Shown here: piece after piece, positions 16,522 to 26,166 of the stretch
Layout of the letters: each line of letters starts with the position of its first letter
Position numbering within the stretch: the first letter of the stretch is position 1
IMG/VR virus record: IMGVR_UViG_3300021961_000105
Coordinates: 1 to 59,247 of that record
Length of the DNA stretch: 59,247 nt
Strand: one strand, 5' to 3'
Source: a virus
Lineage: Duplodnaviria > Caudoviricetes
Position numbers and translations under genes: made by a program
Notes under the pieces: model-generated
Database searches by the model: none
What the model was told of the DNA's origin: nothing
What the model saw: only the letters and a program-made list of their open reading frames with translations

Positions 16522-19500
16522 TTAAATGATGCAGACATAACTTCTTGGTATCTGATAAGGATTGTTGATAGTTGATGCAGGAATATCTTGGAAGTAAATT
16601 GTTCCAACGCCAATATAGGTGGATTTGCTGAAGGATTCGAATCCACCAGAGAAAGTGAAGAGAACTCCTGTAGTATCCCATACTTTTGTGAGAGAATCTG
16701 TAGAAGATCCAAGAATGTTGATCGTTCCGGATCCCTTCGGTGCTGGGAGGAAGATAACATCTGGATGAACAAGTTCTCCAGAAAGAGTAATTGTTCCAGA
16801 ACCAGATACTGGATAAGAATTGATCTCGCTGGTAACTGCGGATCCATTGAAGTTGAAGAGTCCAAGTCCAACTGCAAAGAAGTCGGACTCGACAGAAGTA
16901 ATTGCGGATCCAGAAATTTGCAGAATAACTGTATTTTCTGGAGTATTTGCGCTGTATAGACTGTCGGAACTGGAGATTGCAAATAGAGATCCAGATCCAA
17001 CATAAGCATCGCGCTCGCTCGAGGTTGATGCGTCTGCGAGGAATATTGTACCAATTCCAGATTCGGAGTTGGTAAGTTTGATATCTTGTAAAGTTCCAGA
17101 TAGGGTAAAGAGTCCTGTTGCAACTTTTGTATAGAGAGCAGTCTCTGCAGTTGTTGCACTTCCATCGATATTGAATAGAACAGTATCTTCTGGAGTATTT
17201 GCAGTGAAACTTTCACGAGCAGAACCAATTTCATCTGAGTAGATATCATCGGAATCACAAGTATCATAAGTTTGATCGCATGTGTGCTTGACGAATCTGA
17301 ATGTTCCACTTCCTACGTGAGAACCAGTACCTCTCTCGACTGAATCACCACTGATGAAGATAGTACCAGAACCATCTGGTGAAGGAATATATCGTTCCGA
17401 ACCGCCACCAGAGAATGTATAAAGAACAGTATCCTCTGGAGTCTGAGCAACGAATGACTCTTGAGCACTTCCAGAGATTTGGAGAGTTGCAGTATCTTCT
17501 GGAGTTTGTGCTGAGTATGAATCAGCACCACCGGATATTGCAAGTATAGTGCCAGTTCCATTATAAGCTTCAGTATTTCTCTCAATAATGGTGTCAGAAA
17601 TTGTCAGATTTCCACTTCCAACTTCGGAGAATGTAGTCTTCTCAATAACCTGAGTAGTCTCGGAAGAAATTACGATACCACCAGTTGTTCCATAATCTTG
17701 GAATACATCTATTTCTCGTGTGGATGCAATTCCAGATATTGTTACCTGACCAGAAGCGATGTGTGTTGCAGGTGTGAAGCTTTCATCTGCACCAACATCA
17801 AATTGACCTTCAGAACCAACACCAACAATATAAATCGTACCATCAGCGAAGATAGGTAGAGTCGCTCTGTAGAATGTAAGTTCTTTATCGTCATTGATTC
17901 TGATTAGTCCTTTACCGGAACCAGGATCAGTAATGAGAGCGTTTCTTGGATATACTGGCGAATAAGTACGTGTTGGAACTCCAGTAGATAGAGTGATAGA
18001 ACCATCGCCAATGTAGGTTGTTCTTGTGAAACTCCAAGACTTTCCAACACCTGGTCCACCAGGATAAGCTTCGGTTTCTTGTGGGCTGAGTCCATTGACA
18101 ATAAAGACCGTTCCAAGACCAACATAAGACTCAGATTCAGATTCAAGTGCAGTACCGGATAGTTGAATTCCAGTCGTCCCAACACCAATGTTCTTCTCAA
18201 TACCATAGTGTGGGGTGAGGTCAATATCTGGGTGATTGAGTTCACCGTAGATTGTGAAGAGTTGAGTTCCTTCTGGAGTTTGTGCAGAGTAGGCTTCTAG
18301 AGCTGTTCCAGAGAATGTCGCTGTTCCAAGTCCAACGTAAGATTCTGCATCTCTTTCAATAGCACTATCAGAAACAAATATTGTACCAATACCAAGATAT
18401 GCATCAGTTTGTCTTTCAACAAGAGTTCCAGAAAGTGTAATCTCTGTTGCAACTCCAACAAATACATCCGTTTCACTATAAAGGGCATCACCACAGAATC
18501 TGATATTGCCACCACGTCTACGGCCACTACCAAAGTCATCTGTCTCACTTTCAAGAGCAGATCCAGAAATGGTAATAGTTCCACTGCCAGTATATTCTGG
18601 AGTATAATCAATATCTGGATGTCCAAGGTCACCAGAAATCGTGATAGTTCCAAACGGATAAATGTCTGAGGTTATATCACTACTTACTGAACCAAGTTCT
18701 ATAGTATTTGATCCAGCAATTTCACCAACAGATCCATAATCTGCAGAAACTTCCGTAGTTGCAGAAAGAGATCCATATTCAAGAAGTTGTTCACCAATGG
18801 TAAGAATTGAACTTTCGTTATAACTCTTAGTTCTTCTTTCAATCTTGGTTCCAGAAACAACACCAATTCCCGACTTAACTTCAGATGAAGTGAACTTGAC
18901 GATAGAAGTTCCAGAAATATTGAGAGTTCCACCAACAGAAGTATATTTTGGAGTATAGTCTGTAAGTGCAGAACCATATATATCGAGATTTCCAATAAAA
19001 ACTTCGTCGAATGTCGCTTCTACAGATGCGGATCCAAGAACATTGAGTGTTCCGAATGGATATACATCTACAGAAGAAACGAAATCTATTAAGGATAGAT
19101 AGTCCTCAGACTGAGTATGGATTTCATTAATAAATCCATTATCTTCAGTAATAGAAGTAACATCATCAACAGATCCACTGTCAGGAATTCCGGCGAAGAA
19201 TATAGACTCTTCATTGTAATCGAAGGAGAAGGACTCAAGTTTTTCGCCAAATCCAAACAGAGTTCCAGTTGTATCATCTGGACTAAAGGTACGTCTTACT
19301 ACGGCCTCTGCATAGACATTAACGTTTCTGTACTCAACGTTAGCAGATCCAGAAAGAGTAAATAATCCAAATGGAACTGATCCTTCAAGAGTTTCATCAT
19401 TTAATCCATAGTCATCAAACGCTGTTGGTGTAGAGCTTATCAGTCCATAATCATCTACTACAGTTACTCCAGAACCAACAGAATCCGAATCTTCTAGTGC

Positions 19501-22500
19501 AAACTCTCTTATAGAATCTATGTTGTAATCATAAACAACACTTTCAGATCCACCATTAATTGTGAATAGAGTTCCAGTCGTGTCATCTGGGCTGTATGCA
19601 ACTCTTACCTTAGACTCTACATTAACATCATCATAGAACTTAGCATCGATGAATACAAGACCTGCAGATCCACTGAGACTTAAGGTTCCAAATGGAGGTA
19701 CTGGTGCGGAAGGATCATAGACATTTCCATAATCAAGTTCTCCATCATCGATTATCTCACTAACAAATCCATAATCTGTAAGTGGATAGGTAACATAGTC
19801 ATATCCAACAGTGGTTATGCCATAATTATCCCAATTGGTTCCATTATGATTTGTTTGTATTAGTCTGTATAGAGTTCCGGAAGACCTAGCTTCTGAAGGA
19901 ACTGCAATCGATACAGATTTTAGACTATTAAACGATGTATCATTGTATGCGACTACGGTATCGATCCTTGTCCAACTTGATCCACCATTTAGAGAATAAT
20001 CTAGATTTAGATTTTCATTTGTATTATCTGGATCTTCGCCGCCGTTAAGATCACTTCCTCTAATTACTTCAAAGGTTAATTCGGATTCTACATCTCTTGG
20101 TAGACTAAATTCTACAATTCTTGGAACTAAAGCACCATTAAATCTAATGTGTCTACCGATATTAAATCCACCTGTAGAACCACTTCCGGTGCCAGAATCT
20201 GACAGTAAAATATTTGTAAGAACTCCATTATATTCAGATCCAAGAAGTTCATCAGGTAATATTGTCTCAGTCAGAGTTACTGTTTCTACAGTATCAATAG
20301 ATGAAGAATCAACTATTTCAAATGGTAAGATGGAAGATTCATTATAAGCATAAGTTAGTGAATCATCTACTTCACCAATACTGAACAGTGATCCACCGCC
20401 AATTTCACGATAAACAACTGGCGCAAATTCACTAGATTCTGAAAGTGAAATAGATGCCTGAGTTGTTGGTGGTACTGCAATAGTTCTCTCGACACCACCA
20501 CCAGAATAAGTGAATAGTCTAGGTGTATCTACACGAGGCGTTAGAACATATTGAGTTATAGCATAGTTATCAAATTGAGCTCCACTGCTATTTTGCTGGA
20601 AGAATCTTAGGGTAGTTTCGCCAGTTTGTGCTCCTTCTGGAATGGTCAGTGTTACATCATTTAAAGTTTGGTAATCTGGAGCATTTTCAGCAACAATAGT
20701 TCCAATTGTTATCCAAGTTGGATCACTTGCGGTATTGTATTGTAGTAATAGATTCTCATTTGGTTCTGGATCTTCTCCACCATTTCCACCGTTACCTCTA
20801 ACAGCGGAGATAGTTATTGATTCATATCTTGCAAGATCTAACGTTGGTAGTTCTGCCCATCTTGGGCCACCAGCACCAATGAAGTTGATGTGTCTGTCAA
20901 TATTAAATCCACCGTAAGCACCAACACCAGTTCCTCTATCTGAGAATGCAACACCAACAAAGGAACTTGTGTTGAGACCAATTTGTGGATAGTCTTCCAG
21001 GAATCTGTAGATCTTGACCAGAGGAGTGTCATAGATCTTAATCTCTCTAGGATCTGCAGATCCAACAATAGAGATGGTGCCGAATGCTCCTGTTTCCTCA
21101 CCAAGAACAACACCTGAATAATCCTCTTGTCCCTGAGTTACAACGTCAAAGACATAACCATAATCAAGAGAAAGTGTGATTGGATCGGATACTGCTCCAC
21201 TAGTTTCACTTACAAATCCAACTACAGAATCTAAAGTATAGTCATAAGTTACACTTTCTAGTTTTTCACCAAAGTTGAATAGTGATCCAGTTCCAACTTC
21301 ACTGAATCCTAGAAGTGTTATTCCAGATGTTCCAGAAAGTGTAAGAATTCCACTTCCAATTTCTGTTTGTGGAATAAAGGATTCAAGTCCATTTCCTGTA
21401 ATTACAATATTGACGGTATTTTCTGGAGTCTGGGCATCTAGTTTTTCTATGGCCGATCCAGAAATTGTTAGAATTCCAAACGGATATATGTCCTCACTAG
21501 CGGAGAATCCAAGAATAGTTCCAACATCTTCAGATTGAACATGAACCTCACTTATTATTCCATAATCATCAGTAATAGTTGCAGCAGCACCAATTGCTCC
21601 GTAATTTGGAACACCAACCGAAAGAATAGAGTCTTCGTTGTAATCATATGCAATCGATTCAAGTTTCTGGCCAAATCCGAATAGAGTTCCTTCTGTATTA
21701 TCTGGACTGTAGACAAATTTAACTTCAGCACCAGTTACTGATCCATAGAAGTTTAGATCCGTATATTCTACATCAGCGGATCCACTAATATTAAACAATC
21801 CGAATGGAACTGATCCAACAAATGATTCATCAATTGCTGCATAATCTTCAAATGTCGTTGGAGTATCGGTTATTAAACCATAGTTGTCAACTATTGTTGG
21901 TGATCCAGATACTGAGTCTGAATCTTCGAATACAAATTCTCTTATTGAGTCTTCATTATAACTAAAGATGATATTTTCGGATATTCCACCAACACCAAAG
22001 AGACTGCCATTTCCTTCTGCTGGACTGTAAACAACCTTTACTTCAGCTCCAGGAGTGTCACTGTAGAAGTTTAGATCTGTATATTCTACATCAGCAGATC
22101 CAGAAACAGTAAATAGTCCAAATGGAATTCCTTGTTCAACACTGTTGAATGTTACATCAAGATAATCTACAAAGACAACTGGTAAATCCTCAGTCGAACC
22201 ATAATCATCACTTTCTGTAATAGGTCCAGAAACATCTCCAGTATCTTCAGTTATAAATGGAACAATAGAATCTGCGTTGTAATCATATACTACATGTTCT
22301 TCAATATTACCAACTTTGAAGAGATGAACCGTATTTTCTGGAGGATTATAAGATACAGCATAATCTGCTCCAGTATCATACGTTTTAATATCAGCCGGAG
22401 GTCTAACAAATGCAGATCCACTAAATGAAGCATTACCAAATGGAACAATGGTTTCTGCAAATACTACAGATCCTTGATCCTCATTTCCTTGACTTGTAGA

Positions 22501-23373
22501 ACTTGAAATGAATCCATAATCAAGAGTTCCTGTTGTTGAATCAGATATTCCCCCATAAGGATCAGATTCAAAAAGGTCTACAGAACTTTCATTGTAATGA
22601 ATTGTCCTCTTATCAATTCCTTGACCCGAGGATATTAAATTTATTTCTTCTTCTGGTGGATTACTTATAAACGAATATAAAGCACTACCACTTATTTGAA
22701 CATCTAGAGTATTTTCTGGAGTATCCCAAGAAACTTTCTCAACAAGATTACCAGATACTATTACTAAAATAGTGTTTATTTCGTCACTTATTGCAGAATA
22801 AGAAGCACTACCATTAAAAATAATATTTCCTATAGCGGAAGAAGTTTCTGAAAGTATTTCTGTACTTCCATAATCTTCTTGGCCTTGAATTGCTGGATCG
22901 AGAATATTACCGTAGTCATTAAATTCATCAATAACTGCAGATATTGTTCCATCACTATCTGAAGAGAAAGGAACTACCGAATCTAAATTATAATCATAAG
23001 TAACTCTTTCAGTGCTAGAAATCTCAGATTCTAAAGATCCGGCAACGATATCATCACTAGATACAAACTTCTCTACAGCAGAACCAGAAAGACTGATTGT
23101 AGAGTCGCCAGAGTATGAATACGTTCTATTTTCTGCTAGTTGGCCACTAACAATATATGTTGCAGTTCCTGACCAAGCAGCCTTTACTATAAATGCTCCA
23201 TAAATCGAAATGATTCCAGTTGCAGAGTTGGGAATCGAAATCGAATTATTATAAATTCTTGAAAAACTTTCGTTAAGGTTTGAGGCTAATACTAACGGAC
23301 CACCTGCTGCGCCGCCGCCCCAAATTTCTGGATCTGGTTGTTTACAATCTGCGTTATAATGGAAGGTACTCAT
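16522..23373 (-). CDS. Large acidic repeat-containing virion structural protein with two reelin-subrepeat-like domains
   Basis: About ten repeats of YxYNxxSI..F...D.G.I......DYG.I.......EDYG......PFG...ISGSA, plus TPE(N/D)T and HPDI repeats; located in the late structural module. Confidence 0.75.
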   Translation of the reverse strand: MSTFHYNADCKQPDPEIWGGGAAGGPLVLASNLNESFSRIYNNSISIPNSATGIISIYGAFIVKAAWSGTATYIVSGQLAENRTYSYSGDSTISLSGSAVEKFVSSDDIVAGSLESEISSTERVTYDYNLDSVVPFSSDSDGTISAVIDEFNDYGNILDPAIQGQEDYGSTEILSETSSAIGNIIFNGSASYSAISDEINTILVIVSGNLVEKVSWDTPENTLDVQISGSALYSFISNPPEEEINLISSGQGIDKRTIHYNESSVDLFESDPYGGISDSTTGTLDYGFISSSTSQGNEDQGSVVFAETIVPFGNASFSGSAFVRPPADIKTYDTGADYAVSYNPPENTVHLFKVGNIEEHVVYDYNADSIVPFITEDTGDVSGPITESDDYGSTEDLPVVFVDYLDVTFNSVEQGIPFGLFTVSGSADVEYTDLNFYSDTPGAEVKVVYSPAEGNGSLFGVGGISENIIFSYNEDSIREFVFEDSDSVSGSPTIVDNYGLITDTPTTFEDYAAIDESFVGSVPFGLFNISGSADVEYTDLNFYGSVTGAEVKFVYSPDNTEGTLFGFGQKLESIAYDYNEDSILSVGVPNYGAIGAAATITDDYGIISEVHVQSEDVGTILGFSASEDIYPFGILTISGSAIEKLDAQTPENTVNIVITGNGLESFIPQTEIGSGILTLSGTSGITLLGFSEVGTGSLFNFGEKLESVTYDYTLDSVVGFVSETSGAVSDPITLSLDYGYVFDVVTQGQEDYSGVVLGEETGAFGTISIVGSADPREIKIYDTPLVKIYRFLEDYPQIGLNTSSFVGVAFSDRGTGVGAYGGFNIDRHINFIGAGGPRWAELPTLDLARYESITISAVRGNGGNGGEDPEPNENLLLQYNTASDPTWITIGTIVAENAPDYQTLNDVTLTIPEGAQTGETTLRFFQQNSSGAQFDNYAITQYVLTPRVDTPRLFTYSGGGVERTIAVPPTTQASISLSESSEFAPVVYREIGGGSLFSIGEVDDSLTYAYNESSILPFEIVDSSSIDTVETVTLTETILPDELLGSEYNGVLTNILLSDSGTGSGSTGGFNIGRHIRFNGALVPRIVEFSLPRDVESELTFEVIRGSDLNGGEDPDNTNENLNLDYSLNGGSSWTRIDTVVAYNDTSFNSLKSVSIAVPSEARSSGTLYRLIQTNHNGTNWDNYGITTVGYDYVTYPLTDYGFVSEIIDDGELDYGNVYDPSAPVPPFGTLSLSGSAGLVFIDAKFYDDVNVESKVRVAYSPDDTTGTLFTINGGSESVVYDYNIDSIREFALEDSDSVGSGVTVVDDYGLISSTPTAFDDYGLNDETLEGSVPFGLFTLSGSANVEYRNVNVYAEAVVRRTFSPDDTTGTLFGFGEKLESFSFDYNEESIFFAGIPDSGSVDDVTSITEDNGFINEIHTQSEDYLSLIDFVSSVDVYPFGTLNVLGSASVEATFDEVFIGNLDIYGSALTDYTPKYTSVGGTLNISGTSIVKFTSSEVKSGIGVVSGTKIERRTKSYNESSILTIGEQLLEYGSLSATTEVSADYGSVGEIAGSNTIELGSVSSDITSDIYPFGTITISGDLGHPDIDYTPEYTGSGTITISGSALESETDDFGSGRRRGGNIRFCGDALYSETDVFVGVATEITLSGTLVERQTDAYLGIGTIFVSDSAIERDAESYVGLGTATFSGTALEAYSAQTPEGTQLFTIYGELNHPDIDLTPHYGIEKNIGVGTTGIQLSGTALESESESYVGLGTVFIVNGLSPQETEAYPGGPGVGKSWSFTRTTYIGDGSITLSTGVPTRTYSPVYPRNALITDPGSGKGLIRINDDKELTFYRATLPIFADGTIYIVGVGSEGQFDVGADESFTPATHIASGQVTISGIASTREIDVFQDYGTTGGIVISSETTQVIEKTTFSEVGSGNLTISDTIIERNTEAYNGTGTILAISGGADSYSAQTPEDTATLQISGSAQESFVAQTPEDTVLYTFSGGGSERYIPSPDGSGTIFISGDSVERGTGSHVGSGTFRFVKHTCDQTYDTCDSDDIYSDEIGSARESFTANTPEDTVLFNIDGSATTAETALYTKVATGLFTLSGTLQDIKLTNSESGIGTIFLADASTSSERDAYVGSGSLFAISSSDSLYSANTPENTVILQISGSAITSVESDFFAVGLGLFNFNGSAVTSEINSYPVSGSGTITLSGELVHPDVIFLPAPKGSGTINILGSSTDSLTKVWDTTGVLFTFSGGFESFSKSTYIGVGTIYFQDIPASTINNPYQIPRSYVCII
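21720..22300. repeat. Recent intragenic duplication (~320-bp period)
   Basis: tagaagtttagatc(c/t)gtatattctacatcagc(g/a)gatcca occurs at ~21746 and ~22064, both encoding SGSADVEYTDLNFY; a weaker third copy lies near 19330-19380. Confidence 0.75.
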
Positions 23374-23738
23374 AACATACCTCCACCTGAAACATCAGGT
23401 ATTACCTCTCTCTTCATATCATTAGAGAGTTGGAAAAGAACGCTGAATCCAATCCAACGAAGAACAATTCCATTAAAGATAATTGATTTGGAGTTAAGAT
23501 CAAGATATCTCTTGAATATAGAATTGTTCTTCTTATACTTAGTCTTACCACCAATTTTAACGCCACCAAAAGGAGTTAAAGTTTCATTGCAATTGATATT
23601 ATAAAAATCTTCTTTGTTATCAGTACCATCACATAAATTTCCACAGTCAATTACTTCCCAAGAAGAGTCTGTTAAAAAACCAGAGTCATCTTGGGAATAT
23701 TCGTTAATAGTAGATGAATTATATACGTAGATATTCAT
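23370..23738 (-). CDS. Hypothetical protein containing one degenerate copy of the repeat of the downstream 2283-aa protein
   Basis: YVYNSSTI...DDSG......IDCG.L.....EDF......TPFGGVKIGG; 4-nt ATGA overlap with the next gene. Confidence 0.75.
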   Translation of the reverse strand: MNIYVYNSSTINEYSQDDSGFLTDSSWEVIDCGNLCDGTDNKEDFYNINCNETLTPFGGVKIGGKTKYKKNNSIFKRYLDLNSKSIIFNGIVLRWIGFSVLFQLSNDMKREVIPDVSGGGML

Positions 23739-23767
23739 CCTTCACTACGATAAAAGACCTATTAATG

Positions 23768-23797
23768 AAAAAGGGGATTGCAGTTATTACAATCCCC
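23768..23797 (-). terminator. Rho-independent terminator
   Basis: Minus strand ggggattgta-ataac-tgcaatcccc stem followed by ttttt. Confidence 0.7.
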
Positions 23798-23812
23798 AAA
23801 AAATCAATTATG

Positions 23813-23823
23813 TATTTATTTAT
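23813..23823 (-). promoter_or_regulatory. Tandem overlapping late promoter boxes (ATAAATAAATA)
   Basis: tatttatttat on + strand just after the stop of the 335-aa gene. Confidence 0.5.
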
Positions 23824-23826
23824 GAA

Positions 23827-24834
23827 TCAGTCAAGAGCGACGTTTAGAGTGATCTTGATTTGGTCTCCGTTGTTCTGAATGCTGTAAGGACCATTTGTGA
23901 ATCTTTCAGCATACATGATTGAACTGTAGAGGGTACAAGTGTCAAGTCCGACAATAGAGTTCATTGTTGGATTTAGAGCTGGTGAAGTATAGAACTCGTC
24001 AGCATTTGGAACACTGAATACGGTGTAAGTTGCACTTTCGGTAACGGTGTTTCCTGTACCAGCAGCAACGTAAAGAACATCTCCAGCAACTAGTTGGTGG
24101 CCAACTGCACTGATCTTACCATAACTGAAGCTGACTTCTGGTGAAGTAGCAACCTGAATGTTATCGATTAGTGGTAGGTCTAGGTAGACAACCTTGAGTG
24201 CTCTGTCGATACCAATAACGGTTGTTCCTGTTTGGATACCAGCGTTACCGCCAACAACCATTCCAAGAGTTAGGTCATCAACACTTTGATCTGGGTCAAT
24301 AGTGATGTACTGGTTTCCAACGACTCCGATTACTGGGTCGGTGTTATCTCCTTTAACAACAGTTGTTCCAACACCAACGTTTGCTCCGTGTACAACACCC
24401 TGAACGGCAACAGGCATGTTGTTTGCACGGGTTACATAGTAACCATAAACATCACCTGCGTCACCAGTGAATGTGAAGGTCTGTTCTGGATAGGTTGCGG
24501 TTGTACCTGAACCAACGTTATTGATTCTCCAACGTGATCCGTTTAGAAGAATACCTGTTTGTGATGTGTAATTTTGATCGGTTCTGTTATTTACACAATA
24601 TGGATAACCAGTGGAAGGTGCATATCCATATGAATTAGTATTACCAACTCCATAAGGCTCATAATATTGGGTAAAGGAAGGTACATCCGATTCCGCTGGA
24701 GTCGTATTACTAGTGAAGAGTTTGAGAACGAGATTTCTTGGTGACTGGTCAGCCAAGGCGGCAGTATGATTATTCTGTGCAATCAAATACCTTAGTGACT
24801 CAATTTCCCCAATATTAGGAACTAATAGTGCCAT
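23827..24834 (-). CDS. Virion structural protein (cyanomyovirus-type) with inserted beta-domains
   Basis: MALLVPNIGEIESL...LVLKLFTSNTTPAESD...ATYPEQTFTF...YGYYV...YAERFTNGPY..QNNGDQIKITLN; has its own late promoter. Confidence 0.7.
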   Translation of the reverse strand: MALLVPNIGEIESLRYLIAQNNHTAALADQSPRNLVLKLFTSNTTPAESDVPSFTQYYEPYGVGNTNSYGYAPSTGYPYCVNNRTDQNYTSQTGILLNGSRWRINNVGSGTTATYPEQTFTFTGDAGDVYGYYVTRANNMPVAVQGVVHGANVGVGTTVVKGDNTDPVIGVVGNQYITIDPDQSVDDLTLGMVVGGNAGIQTGTTVIGIDRALKVVYLDLPLIDNIQVATSPEVSFSYGKISAVGHQLVAGDVLYVAAGTGNTVTESATYTVFSVPNADEFYTSPALNPTMNSIVGLDTCTLYSSIMYAERFTNGPYSIQNNGDQIKITLNVALD

Positions 24835-24880
24835 TTAAACAACTCCTTACAACTTTGGTGACGTTTGATTTAACTATCTT

Positions 24881-24888
24881 TATTTATA
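24881..24888 (-). promoter_or_regulatory. T4 late promoter TATAAATA
   Basis: Exact match overlapping the stop of the 225-aa gene. Confidence 0.75.
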
Positions 24889-25561
24889 ATTTTAATTTTA
24901 AAGAGATTAGAAACCTATTAATGTTGTTTACTGCAATGACATCAAAAGTCAAGATATCACCAGCAACGATTGTCTTATCCCAACTATTTAGTACATCATC
25001 TTTGACCTTTCTTGCATTTGAAAACTGAGGATACACTCCCCCGACTATTGATGTAAATGTTGGAAAATCAGCATAATTGGACTTTTTAATGTCTAAAATT
25101 AAATCACCTTCTTGATCAGAAAATATAGTGAGAGATTCAATAATTCCACTAACATCTATAGTAATTGACCCCTTATTACCAGATAACATTGCGATAGATC
25201 CGCTATCTACAATATAATTAACTGTTCTTGTTAGATCTGCAGTTGTAGCTAAAGCAACAATAGTATTGTCTGTACCCGAAGTAGGTGCTGTAGAAAATAT
25301 GATATTCGCACCAGAAATAGTAAAATCTTTTCCTGGTTTTAATATCTGACCATCAGACATAACTAGAAGTTGTTGGTCATTGATAGGTACATAAGATGTA
25401 CCATTTTTAGCTAAAGCAAATGTGGTTTCAACTCCATCAAACTGAGAACTAATATCATCTAGAATGATATTGCCATATTGTATGGATTTTGTTGGAATTT
25501 CATAATCAACACCAATCCTATATGGACCCGGTTCATTTAATTGAACTACGTAATCTGTCAT
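24884..25561 (-). CDS. Putative virion/baseplate-associated protein
   Basis: N-half ILDDISSQFDGVETTFAL...LLV..DG..LKPGKDFTISG..I.FS.AP resembles the DDISS.F.G repeats of gp7; translationally coupled (1-nt overlap). Confidence 0.65.
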   Translation of the reverse strand: MTDYVVQLNEPGPYRIGVDYEIPTKSIQYGNIILDDISSQFDGVETTFALAKNGTSYVPINDQQLLVMSDGQILKPGKDFTISGANIIFSTAPTSGTDNTIVALATTADLTRTVNYIVDSGSIAMLSGNKGSITIDVSGIIESLTIFSDQEGDLILDIKKSNYADFPTFTSIVGGVYPQFSNARKVKDDVLNSWDKTIVAGDILTFDVIAVNNINRFLISLKLKL

Positions 25562-25893
25562 TATGATACTCCTGGAGTTACTAGAACATTACCTTGTACT
25601 GCTCTACTTCTATAGGCATTTGGAGAAATCAATACGACATCATAGACATATCTACCACCTTCCATTGCATCGGTAGCAGTATATCCCATAGAAATTCTAA
25701 CCTTACCGTTAAGTCTGTCTGGAAATTCTAGTGTTAATGGATACGCAGTGGATGATTCTGGGTGTTTTCTAATAGAAGAAATTCCAGTATATCCAGTCAA
25801 ATTCAATGGAGCATTGTTAGTATTATTGATAGTAAAGGTTGCTTGGAAATCAACCCCCTGTTCAAGAACTAAGTTTACATTCCTTGCCGCCAT
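25561..25893 (-). CDS. Small putative virion structural protein (Ig-like beta-sandwich)
   Basis: NLVLEQGVDF...PLNLTGYTG...IRKH...GRYVYDV...VQG.VLVTPGV pattern seen in cyanomyovirus tail modules. Confidence 0.7.
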   Translation of the reverse strand: MAARNVNLVLEQGVDFQATFTINNTNNAPLNLTGYTGISSIRKHPESSTAYPLTLEFPDRLNGKVRISMGYTATDAMEGGRYVYDVVLISPNAYRSRAVQGNVLVTPGVS

Positions 25894-25913
25894 TATTAGA
25901 ACCTGTTTTTAAG

Positions 25914-25920
25914 TATTTAT
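25914..25920 (-). promoter_or_regulatory. Late promoter box ATAAATA
   Basis: Overlaps the upstream stop, 21 nt before ATG 25893. Confidence 0.7.
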
Positions 25921-26162
25921 GAATTTGACTCCAGCTTTTGAATAATGAGTCTCATCATATCTTTCATTTCACTTACATCAGATTTTAACTGATCAATTTC
26001 ACTTATTTTTTCTTTCATATCATTGAGTTTGGAAACTTCTTTCAGTTTTTGACTTTTCAATTCAAGATATCCTTGATATTCCGAATCAGAACAATTTAAT
26101 ATGGCTTTTGTATTTTCATCACGAAACAATCCTCGGTTTCCTTCTACTGGTATTAAACTCAT
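25917..26162 (-). CDS. Conserved small coiled-coil protein following the VrlC-like gene
   Basis: Likely start MSLIPVEG (ATG 26162, just after the upstream stop); GLFRDENTKAILN...EIDQLKSDVSEMKDMM. Confidence 0.75.
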   Translation of the reverse strand: MSLIPVEGNRGLFRDENTKAILNCSDSEYQGYLELKSQKLKEVSKLNDMKEKISEIDQLKSDVSEMKDMMRLIIQKLESNS

Positions 26163-26166
26163 GGTC

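Noticed and set aside
16515-21538. Many 60-264-aa overlapping ORFs inside the 2283-aa gene
   Set aside because: Leu/Gln-rich frame-shifted shadows typical of biased codon usage, with no independent signals
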